Positions 53,290-64,000 of a stretch of 64,000 nt of DNA are shown piece after piece (within the stretch, counting starts at the first letter, position 1; every line of letters begins with the position of its first letter). The notes under the pieces were generated by a model. It did not search any database. It saw only the letters and a list, made by a program, of their open reading frames with translations, and was not told where the DNA came from. The stretch is from Octopus vulgaris (Eukaryota), in assembly GCA_951406725.2 (NCBI GenBank), contig OX597839.1:24862001-24926000 (forward strand), read 5' to 3'. The position numbers and the translations under genes were made by a program.

Positions 53290-53715
53290 TTTTTTTTAAA
53301 TGTTTGCAGGCATCACATTTTTCAGTAGGTATCATGAAGCTGTTTCTAACGGCGATAAACAATTGTTCAACCTGTTGTTCGATGCACCATCCCATCCCAT
53401 CCCAGAGTGTTCTCCTCATTGACAACACAGATCTTGTGAGTCCTTTTCCGCCGCCCTGGTATCTAGGCACATACAGACCATTGATATTGCTTTTAGGGTG
53501 CAGTTCCTTGTTCATTGTTACCCCTTTTTTTGGTTTTTTCCATCCATTTCCTCGAGCTCATTCTTTGTCCACCTGACAACACCTGTACCATATATCGCAT
53601 TAAGGAAACAGCCCAGGTGTTCATTGCCCTGATCTTGTTCTTTCCATCAAGTCTACTTTCCATAATTAATTTGGTTCTTCTGAGGTATTCTCACCTATAG
53701 CTTTTCTTCATCTCA
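53290..53715 (-). mobile_element. R4/Dong-like LINE fragment (upstream part of the element at 51380)
   Basis: KELHPKSNINGLYVPRYQGGGKGL matches the LHP.S...RLY.PR..GGRGL post-RT motif; preceded by EYLRRTKLIMESRLDGKNKIRAMNTWAVS. Confidence 0.75.
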
Positions 53716-53722
53716 CTCTCCT

Positions 53723-53771
53723 TTATTATTGTTGTTATTATTGTTGTTGTTGCTGTTTATTATTATTATTA

Positions 53772-53812
<41 letters not shown>

Positions 53813-53903
53813 GTTATCATTATTATTATTATTGTTATTATTATTATTATTGTTATTATTATTGTTATTATTATTATCATTATTATCATTATTATTATTA
53901 TTG

Positions 53904-53952
<49 letters not shown>

Positions 53953-54068
53953 CATTATTATTATTATTATTATTATTATTGTTATTGTTATTATTATTAT
54001 TATTATTGTTATTATTGTTATTATTATTATTATTATTATTATCATTATTATTATTATTATTATTATTA

Positions 54069-54108
<40 letters not shown>

Positions 54109-54134
54109 CATTATTATTATTATTATTATTATTA

Positions 54135-54169
<35 letters not shown>

Positions 54170-54222
54170 GTTATTATTGTTATTATTATTGTTATTATTA
54201 TTATTATTATTATTATTTTATT
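53723..54222. repeat. (ATT)n microsatellite, ~500 bp
   Basis: Directly visible. Confidence 0.95.
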
Positions 54223-55118
54223 AGAGAATTTTCGCTTCCTTCTTTCTCCTTCAGATCTTCAGTTGTATAAAGAGAAATTATATTTTGGAATTTGGCAACA
54301 AATGAAGCAGCTTGGAGTTGTAGCTGTTGTAGTTGTTGCTTTTGTTGTTGTTGTTGTTGTTGTTGTTGTTGCTGGTACTGATCTTGTTGTTGTTGTTGTT
54401 GCTGGTACTGATCTTGTTGTTGTTGTTGTGAGTTGTGGGTTTGTTTTTTTCTTGATTAATGTCGAGAACTAAACATTTCCTGTTTATCATTTTTCTTTCA
54501 CATCAACAACATTGCTTCACAGCAGCAGCATGTGTAATTATTGGCCTGCAGATAACAAACAACACACACAACGTCAATGGTAGTCAGTTGTGCCTCTATT
54601 GCTGTTGTTGTTGTTGCTGTTGTTGTGGCTGTTGTTGGAGAGAGAGGCAGATGAGATAGAAGGGGAGAGAGAGGGAAGGAGAGAAAGAGAGGGAGAGAAA
54701 GGGAGAGAAGGAGAAAAAGAGGGAAGCAGAGAGGGAGGAAAGATAAAGGAGAATGAAATACAGAGGAACACAGAGAGAGAGAGGAACAGATTGGAGAAAA
54801 GGGAGAAAGGAAGAGAGAAACAGCGGAGAAAGACAGGGAGAGAGAGGGGGAGAGGGAATGGGAAAGAGGGGAGAGAGAGAGGGAGAAAGAGAGAAGATGG
54901 TGTGGTAGAGAGAGGATAGAGGGGGAAGAAGGGTGTTCTGTCTGCAGTAAATGCATGATCAGTGGCAGCAGCACCTGCAGCATGTAATAAAAAGAGATAA
55001 ATGGGAGGGAGTGCAGCATCCTGCACATATGCAGAGTGCACCTTGCACAAAAACCAGCAACAAATATTTATGGAGCAAAAGGAAAATAAAAAATTTTAAA
55101 GAAATATATTAAAAAAAT

Positions 55119-55160
<42 letters not shown>

Positions 55161-55272
55161 CCTCATCTGAGATGTGAAGGGTGTGCATGTTGGTATGTAT
55201 ATCTATCTATTTCTCTTTCTCTCTCTCTCTATGTATATATGTGTGTGTGTGTGTATGTATATGTACATACAT

Positions 55273-55528
55273 ATAGATAGGTAGACAGACAGACAGACCG
55301 ACACGTAGATAGTTAGGTAGATAGATAGAAAGACATAAAAAGGTAGATAGATAGATGCATAGATAGATAGATAGACAGATAGATAGAAAGATAGACAGAG
55401 AGACAGATAGATAGATTGATAGATAGATAGATAGATGGATAGATAGGTAGATAGATAGATAGATAAATGGATGGATAGCTAGATAGATAGATAGATAGAT
55501 GGATTGATGGATGGATGGATGGATGGAT

Positions 55529-55584
<56 letters not shown>

Positions 55585-55657
55585 GTAGGTAGATAGATAG
55601 ATAGATAAGTAGATAGATAGATAGATAGATAAGTAGATCGATAGATAGATAGTTAAG

Positions 55658-55709
<52 letters not shown>

Positions 55710-55715
55710 AAAAGG

Positions 55716-55747
<32 letters not shown>

Positions 55748-55866
55748 TAGACAGATAGATAGATAGATAGATAGATTGATAAAAGAAGAACAGATAGATA
55801 AAGAGACAGATAAATAGTTTGACAGACAGACAGACAAGTAGATAAATAGATAGACAGATAGATATA
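55273..55866. repeat. (GATA)/(GACA) tetranucleotide field
   Basis: Directly visible. Confidence 0.9.
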
Positions 55867-56546
55867 GTTGTATTATTTGTTTGTTGTTATATTTTGTATT
55901 CATTGTTCAGAAACTAAACCTAATCATATTTACTGCCATTGCTTATATCCTTAACATCAACCATTCTGCGTGTATAATTCCAGAGAAACCAGCCTTGCTT
56001 GAACAGAACATTTGTAATCATGTCCTCGTCAAGCTTTCGTCGTATTATCTCGGCGGTGGCGAAATCTCGGTTGTGTTCTATCAGCAGAAAAATAACGGTG
56101 CTGGCGATAAGTTGCAGGAAAGAAACCAAAGTGCTATTATTAAATGTCATAAAAAAGAAGAAAGAACGAAAAAAAAAAAATAATAAAAGATATATTTTGA
56201 TTATGGACAAAAGAACCAAAGCGTAGAATTCTATTCTTGTTATTTTGCAACATATGAGCAACGAATGATCAGCTTTTGTTCCCAAGAGAAGACGGTAACA
56301 AGGTGCGGTCATTTTGTATTTGAAATGATAGCGTTGGAATATGGTCTGCTTGGATTAAACTAGCAATTTTGGACTTAGAAGTGTGCCAAGGTAAAAATGG
56401 CTGTCATGTATATGTGTGTGTATGTGTATGTATGTACGTATGTGCATGTATGTATATATCTATGTGCATACACGTATGTATGAGTGCATGTATATGTCTA
56501 AGTATTTATATATATATATATATATACATATTTATATATATATATG

Positions 56547-56599
<53 letters not shown>

Positions 56600-56853
56600 A
56601 TATATAGGTGTGTATGTATGTATATATCTATGTAGATATGCATGTATGTATGTGTGTGTCCTAGTATATATATATATATAATTATATATATATATATATG
56701 TGTGTGTGTATATATAGGTGTGTATGTATGTATATATCTATGTAGATATGCATGTATGTATGTGTGTGTCCTAGTATATATATATATATATATATATATA
56801 GGTGTGTATGTATGTATATATCTATGCAGATATGTATGTATGTGTGTGTCCTA

Positions 56854-56888
<35 letters not shown>

Positions 56889-57984
56889 TGTGTATGTATG
56901 TATATATCTATGTATTTATATATGTAGGCATGTATGTATTGATGTGTGTACATGTGTACGTCTGAATGCATGTGTGTGTGTGTATGTTTGTATGTAAGCG
57001 TGTATCTGTGGATGTATGTACACATACATATATGTATGTATATGTATATATGTAGATGTGTGTCTGTGCATGTGATTATATGTGTGTATGTATATATATA
57101 TATATATATGGATCTACAAGTGTGTGTGTGTGTGAGTGCGTGTGTGTGTGTGTGTGTGTGTGCATTCCACCCTGTTATTACAACTTCTTCATTGTATTCT
57201 TTCTTCTGACATTTTTCTATCGTAAATCTTTGCAATACAGTTCGCAAAGTATTCCAGCAAAAAAGTAAATAAATAAATAAATAAATACTCTGCTCCCCCC
57301 CCCCCCCACCACCACCACACCCTCTCACCCTACACCACTCACCCACCGCCACCACCACAAACACTACTATCATCATCACCACCACTACCACTACCACCAC
57401 CACCACCACTACCACAACAACGACCACCGCCACCACCACAACCACCATCACCATGACTGCCACCACCACCACTACCACCACCACCACTACCACAACAGCG
57501 ACCACCGCATCCACCACCTCCACCACCACAACCACCATCACTATGGCTGCCACCACCACCACTACCACCACCACCACTACCACAACAACGACCACCGCCT
57601 CCACCACCGCCACCACCACAACCACCATCACCACGGCCGCCACCACCACCACCATCACTACCACCACTATATTTTCCGTTGCCACAGTAACAGCACAACA
57701 TGCAGTTTTGTATAATTTCTAAACTTTATTCTTGCCTGAATCTTCAGATCCATGAAAGGACATACAAAGCTGTACAAAGCATTGCAGATCTTCGATTCGT
57801 GATCTGTGATCTCGGATCTTGCATCTGAGATTTGGATCTTGACAAAATTTAGAGACATCCCCACCCACCTCCAGCATCGAATAACCTTACCATATATAGG
57901 ATGGAACTTCAGATTTTCCTCTTGTATCACTTGTTTCTCACACTGTCCACACAAGCCAATAATTCTGCCAAGGTCAATCCTTAA

Positions 57985-58820
57985 CCCTTTCGTTACCGTA
58001 TTTCTGTTGAGATGTTCTGTGTTTCTTTCAATTAATTTTAAATATAACAAAGAATTTAGTAAAACAACCTGGTTATCATTCAGCTAGTGCTAGGAACATA
58101 AATTGTGACTAAGGTTTGATGGAAGATTTTAATTCAAAACTTATGAAAACAAGACATTTGTACTGCAGAGCCAGAGGCAGTTTCAACCAGGTTGGTATCA
58201 AAAGGGTTAATTTGTAGATTTTGTTTCATTTGTTAGAAATAGCAGCCAAATCTTGTACAAATTGAAGATACATTTCACTGACTGTCTTTAACCCTTTCGT
58301 TACCGTATTTATTTTGAGATGATCTGTGTTTCTTTCAATTAATTTTAAATATAACAAAGAATTTAGTAAAACAACCTGGTTATCATTCAGCTAGTGTTAG
58401 GAACATAAATTGTGACTAAGGTTTGATGGAAGATTTTCATTTCAAAACTTATGAAAACAAGACATTTGTACTACAGAGCCAGAGGCAGTTTCAACCGGGT
58501 TGGTATCAAAAGGGTTAATTTGCAGATTTTGTTTCATTTGTTAGAAATAGCAGCCAAATCTTGTACAAATTGAAGATACATTTCACTGACTGTCTTTAAC
58601 CCTTTCATTACCATATTTATTTTGAGATGATCTGTGTTTCTTTCAATTAATTTTAAATATAACAAAGAATTTAGTAAAATAACTTAGTTATCATTCAGCT
58701 AGTGTTAGGAACATAAATTGTGACTAAGGTTTGGTGGAAGATTTTAATTCAAAACTTATGAAAACAAGACATTTGTACTCAGAACCAGAGCCGGTTTCAG
58801 CCGGGTTGGTAACGAAAGGG
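57985..58820. mobile_element. Three tandem piggyBac-type MITEs (57985-58206, 58292-58514, 58600-58820), period ~308 bp
   Basis: Each is bounded by TTAA-CCCTTT...AAAGGG-TTAA, with near-identical ~77-bp spacers. Confidence 0.88.
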
Positions 58821-59047
58821 TTAAGGAGCAAAATGGATGATTTCCCGCCCGGAATCACTGGTAAGCATATTCTTCCCTGGATAGGGCGCCAGTCTGTCAC
58901 AAGAATGGCTCATTTTTATCGAGGGACTGGACTAAAATGAAATGAAGTGTTTTGCCCAAGAACACAACACATCGCCCGATCCAGGGATTGAAACCACAAT
59001 CTTATGATCCTGAATCCAACACCCCAACTGTTAAGCCATGCTATATA

Positions 59048-59266
59048 TGAGGATGTGTTGAAAAGTTCCTGGCTTTAGGGTATTGCGAAAGGCCGGGTTG
59101 GAAGCCCAACATTCTGAGATCTTTTACAGTGTTTAGGAAAACTGAAGGACCACAGCAATAAGTGTAGGAATCTGAGAGAAGGGGAATATGTTGAATGAAA
59201 CCATAATTACCTGATCTTCCTCTATTGTCTTTTATCCAAAGCCAGGAACTGTTTAGCACCCTCTTG
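59048..59266. mobile_element. Mariner-type MITE
   Basis: TIRs and TA flanks as for 48849, opposite orientation. Confidence 0.8.
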
Positions 59267-59276
59267 TATGCACATA

Positions 59277-59344
<68 letters not shown>

Positions 59345-59739
59345 GGCGCAGGAGTGGCTTGCTAACCAACCACATGGCTCTGGGTTCAGTCCCACTGCGT
59401 GGCACCTTGGGCAAGTGTCTTCTGCTATAGCCCCGGGCTGACCAAAACCTTGTGAGTGGATTTGGTAGACGGAAACTGAAAGAAGCCTGTCGTATATATG
59501 TATATATATGTGTGTGTGTGTGTGTATGTTTGTGTGTCTGTGTTTGTCTCCCTAGCATTGCTTGACAACTGATGCTGGTGTGTTTACGTCCCCGTCACTT
59601 AGCGGTTCGGCAATAGAGACCGATAGAATAAGTACTGGGCTTACAAAGAATATGTCCCGGGGTCGATTTGCTCGACTAAAGGTGGTGCTCCAGCATGGCC
59701 GCAGTCAAATGACTGAAACAAGTAAAAGAGTAAAAGAGA

Positions 59740-59740
<1 letters not shown>
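59345..59740 (+). mobile_element. SINE family A
   Basis: Full length with a short deletion in the A-box region. Confidence 0.9.
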
Positions 59741-59781
<41 letters not shown>

Positions 59782-59932
59782 TCACACATATATACATACA
59801 TACATATATATGTGTATATATATATCATCATCATCGTTTAACGTCCGCTTTCCATGCTAGCATGGGTATACATACATATACATACATACATATATATATA
59901 TATGTACGTATGTATGTATGTATGTATGTATG

Positions 59933-59964
<32 letters not shown>

Positions 59965-59970
59965 TATATG

Positions 59971-60006
<36 letters not shown>

Positions 60007-60139
60007 TACATGTTGTCCTGAGACTGACCTAGGGATTTTTATTTTTAGATATAATTGAGTTACTTAAATGTATTTGTGTTATCCGCTTCGGCTGTTTCCA
60101 TGGACGCATGTGAGTACCTTACTTATATCCCCTCATACG

Positions 60140-60198
60140 CTCAACTGATGAAGATCGAACCCTTGTGTGGTTAATTCTGAAATTGATTCAATATTGAG
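60140..60198 (+). ncRNA. Type I hammerhead ribozyme motif
   Basis: CTCAA-CTGATGA-AGA..AACC.cttgtgt.GGTT..TCT-GAA-ATTGA.t.TCAAT-A-TTGAG; helices I and III perfect, AUA site. Confidence 0.75.
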
Positions 60199-60703
60199 AT
60201 AACGAAACTTAAACGTTCCAATGGTTAGTTGCCCGATTTTCAGTTCAATTTTATGTAGCAAGCGGATTAAATGTGGAATATCGGTATATTGGCTTTAGAA
60301 TAACCTTCTGCAGCCCTTGCTTATAAGATATTTATAATTTTTAACCATAAAGGTTCTTTTAATATGCTGCCACAATTCCTGATGGAATTTTTTTCTGTAG
60401 AGAAAAAGGCTTCATCCTTTTTAATAGTAGTATATATCTATATGTGTGTGTGTGTATATATACATATGTGTATATGTGTGTGTATGTATGTATATGTGTG
60501 TGTGTGTGTATAAGTTAAAAATTGTCTAAAGTCGTAAGATGCCCCTGTCCTTGTACTGTCCACCATTCGTGTTTTTTATTTCTGTTTTATATAATATAAT
60601 TTTGTTTCTTGTATTTACATTCGTGTGGCATCCTGTCTTTGTTCCGTATACATTCGATCCTCTTTCCAAGAAATCCAATGCCTGTGGCTTGGTTTTTCCT
60701 TGG

Positions 60704-60777
60704 GGCTGGCCGGAGTCGGAGTAATATCGAGATTAAACAGCCGAAATTACTAAGATGATCCGGTTCCCGACTGAAGA
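60704..60777 (+). ncRNA. Permuted hammerhead-like motif, family P1 copy Z (diverged subfamily)
   Basis: GGCTGG CCGGA gtcgga GTAAT A TCGAGA ttaa ACAGCC GAA ATTAC taagatga TCCGG t TCCCGA CTGAAGA. Confidence 0.6.
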
Positions 60778-60906
60778 TAAGAGGCTTCGAGTGACCCGTC
60801 TGTTTTTTTGTGTCGTCTCTTTGTGTGTTTTTGCGTTCTTGTCCCACTTTGTAATTTATATTTTATATTTAATTTCTATATATATATATATATACATACA
60901 CACATA

Positions 60907-61119
60907 CAGTGTGGCCCAAAAGTAGGTTTACAGTTATCACATAGGCACTTTAATTTTCTGTTAAAACATTTCATTACATTTAAATTTCCATCTTTCAATT
61001 AACTAAATTAGCATAAAATAATGGTTTCCTATTTTCTCCATAATTAAGATCTAAACAGCTAATATATGAATGAGAAAGAGATAATTGAATGACTGTAAAC
61101 CTACTCCTGGGCCACCCTG
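60907..61119. mobile_element. Tc1/mariner-type MITE
   Basis: TA-CAGTGTGGCCCAAAAGTAGGTTTACAGT...ACTGTAAACCTACTCCTGGGCCACCCTG-TA. Confidence 0.8.
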
Positions 61120-61467
61120 TATCATCAATCAATTCAAGGATCCACATTAGGGATTGGGTGATCCCAAACATTTCACTGGTTAATCACTGCTATTTAATGA
61201 AAGAGTCTCTTTAATATGCAAATTAATCGTGCATCCATCTTCCTCCATTTTCTTTCTTTCTATGGGTGTGTGTGTGTATGGATCAAAACAGCTTGATCTT
61301 AGTTTGTTGGTACTCTGAGTTTCAGGTATATATATATATATAAATATATAGAGTCAATAAAATGTATATCAGGAAAGAAGCATATTCTGAAGAATAGAAC
61401 AGTAATTATTGAAACAAAAAAACTGCCACCACCACCACCGCCACCGCCACCACCACCACCACCACCA

Positions 61468-61512
<45 letters not shown>

Positions 61513-62499
61513 AACTACTACAACTACTACTACTACCACCACCACCACCACCACCACCACCACCACAACTGCTGTTACTGCTGCCCACTACTACCAACAT
61601 CACCACTACCACCACTGCCACAACCACTACATCACCGCTATCACCAGTACCACCACCACCACCACCACCACCACCACTATCACAACTACTACAACAACCA
61701 CCACGATGATGATGACGACCACCACCACCACCACCACCGCCGCCATCACCACTACTACAAACACCACGGCTGCTACCACCACCACCACCACAACCATTAC
61801 CCCACCCTACCCCCACCCCCTCATTATTCTTCTTCCAATCCTAGAATACCGTTGTTCACATTTTCTATCTGCCTCTCTCTCTTTGTTTTTTTCCATTCCT
61901 TATATTCTTTTTTCCCCCATTCTTCCACCGCTGCCGTCTTTTCTGCGCCATTTAAAACCATTTCTCTCAGTGTTCGCAATTAAATATTTACGTCCTCAAT
62001 AATGAAATATATATTTGATAACACTTTAGGCTGCTCATTGCTTTAATATCAAAAATTGGAGATCAATTTTATTTTTTTTGTTGTTGCCTGTCTGTGTTTG
62101 ATTGCGTTCAGTTGAGGATTCTCGTCAGCAGAAAATTTTCCCTCTTTTTTCAGATTTGAGGAGAAATCCCTTCTCCCGCCTCTGTCTTCTGACACCTCTT
62201 CTATCCTTCATACAGGGACGTGCCAAAGACCCTCACACATATGCACATACACACACACACACATACACTCATGCACACACACACCACTGTAATAATAAAA
62301 CATAACAATTAAGAAAAACATGATGAGGGAAAAAGAAACATATCTGTCTGTCTGTCTGTCTATCAACCTGTCTGCCTATCCTTATCTATCGATTTATCTA
62401 TCTATCTATCTATCTTTCTGTCGGTCTGTCTGCCTGTCTGTCTATCTATATATGTATAAATATATATATATATCGAATTGAACCAGTCAGGATCCCTGG

Positions 62500-62832
62500 T
62501 CTGGTGGTACGTAAAAAGCACCATCCGAATTGTGGCCGAAGCCAGTGCCGCCTCGTCTGGCTTCCGTGCCGGTGGCACATAAAATACACCAATCCGACCG
62601 TGGCCGTTGCCAGCCTCGCCTGGCACCTGTGCAGGTGGCACGTAAAGAGCACCCACAACACTCACGGAGTGGTTGGCGTTAGGAAGGGCATCCAGCTGTA
62701 GAAACACTGCCAGATCAGACTGGAGCCTGGTGCAGCCTTCTGGCTTCCCAGATCCCTGGTTGAACCGTCCAACCCATGCTAGCATGGAGAACGGACGTTA
62801 AACAATGATGATGATGATGATGATGATGATGA
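62500..62832 (+). mobile_element. SINE family B
   Basis: Subrepeats, core and (GAT)n tail. Confidence 0.85.
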
Positions 62833-62844
62833 TATTTATTTATA

Positions 62845-63066
62845 TCTGTTGTAGAGCTGAAAAAGAGGTAATTTCTACTCTTCTCCTCTGGAAGCCATCT
62901 ACTCGCAATACCAGAGGGTGCACACTCTCCTACCCTGATGTAATCTCCAGGGATACAGGCATCCAGCAACAGGACCTCTGTAATGCCATGATGGACCGTG
63001 AAGTCTGCCGTAGCATGGTAAATTCCATTGTCTCGACCACGGTCGAACAATGATGATGATGATGAT
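62845..63066 (+). mobile_element. RTE-like LINE 3' end with (GAT)n tail
   Basis: LLLWKP...YPDVISRDTG....DLCNAMMDREVCRSMV followed directly by TGATGATGAT. Confidence 0.7.
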
Positions 63067-63874
63067 ATATATATATATATATATCATCGTCATCATCGTT
63101 TGTCTGTCTGTCTGTCTATCTGTCTGTCTATCAGTTTGTCTGTCTGTCTGTCTATCGATATATGCATAAATATATCTTCATCGTCATCATAATTGTTTAA
63201 CATCCATTTTCCATGCTAGCATGGGTTGGACGATTTGACTGAGGACTGGTGAACCAGATGGTTGCACAAGGGTCCAATCTTGATCTGGCAGAGTTTCTAC
63301 AGCTGGATGCCCTTCCTAACACCAACCACTCCAAGAGTGTAGTGGGTGCTTTTACATGCATGTATGTTCGTATGTATGTATGTATGTTTGTATGTATTTA
63401 TGTATGTATGTATGTGTGTGTATGTTCGTATGTATGTATGTATATATGTATGTATGTATGTTCGTATGTATGTATATATGTATATATGTATGTTCGAATG
63501 TATGTATGTATGCATGTATGTATGTATGTATGTATGTTCATATGTATGTATGTATGTATGTATGTTCGTATGTATGTATGCACGTATGTATGTATGTTCG
63601 TATGTGTGTATGTACATATGTATGTGTGAGTGAGAGACCAGTGCATGCCATCAAAGTGACACTGAGGTAAAATATATGAAGCCCAAGATACCCATCATGA
63701 TTACCCGTTTGATAAGGGTACACCAGGCACATGCATCACAGCCATATATATGCAACATAGTGATCTCATACCAGGCGCGAAATCTCCCCAATTTGTGCAT
63801 ACGTACAAATATCAGAGCAAAACATTCTTTGGTTAAGCAAGTCTTGCACTGTCCAGCAGAAAACTCTACCTCAC

Positions 63875-64000
63875 TTTACTCTTTATCTTTTACTCTTTTA
63901 CTTGTTTCAGTCATTTGACTGCGGCCATGCTGGAGCACAGCCTTTAGTCGAGCAAATCGACCCCGGGACTTATTCTTTGTAAGCCCAGTACTTATTATAT
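63875..64000 (-). mobile_element. SINE family A tail (runs off the window)
   Basis: TACTCTTTTACTTGTTTCAGTCATTTGACTGCGGCCATGCTGGAGC. Confidence 0.9.

Noticed and set aside
57985-58820. Repeat-spacer array as CRISPR-like
   Set aside because: Repeats are ~220-bp TIR elements and the spacers are near-identical, not unique; eukaryotic context and no cas genes.

Overview
Eukaryotic, AT-rich, repeat-saturated intergenic or intronic DNA. The SINE and microsatellite repertoire suggests an octopus (coleoid cephalopod) genome; this is recognition of repeat families, not a database result. No intact protein-coding gene is recognisable. Almost all ORFs in the track are translations of (TA)n/(CA)n/(CAT)n/(AAT)n microsatellites or of SINEs. 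Supported content: more than 40 SINE copies from at least 4 families, a decayed Tc1/mariner element, mariner-, piggyBac- and hAT-type MITEs, two non-autonomous Helitrons, CR1-, RTE- and R4/Dong-like LINE fragments, and a 100-N gap. The most notable signal is a layer of short unique-looking inserts, mostly inside (TA)n tracts, that carry hammerhead-ribozyme (HHR) motifs and inverted duplications, as expected for Penelope-like element (PLE) pseudo-LTRs. Four of these loci, from two unrelated sequence families, contain all hammerhead core parts in a non-circularly permuted, doubly pseudoknotted order, and the helices show compensatory base changes. All folds were read by eye and none is experimentally tested. 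Coordinates of decayed repeats are approximate.
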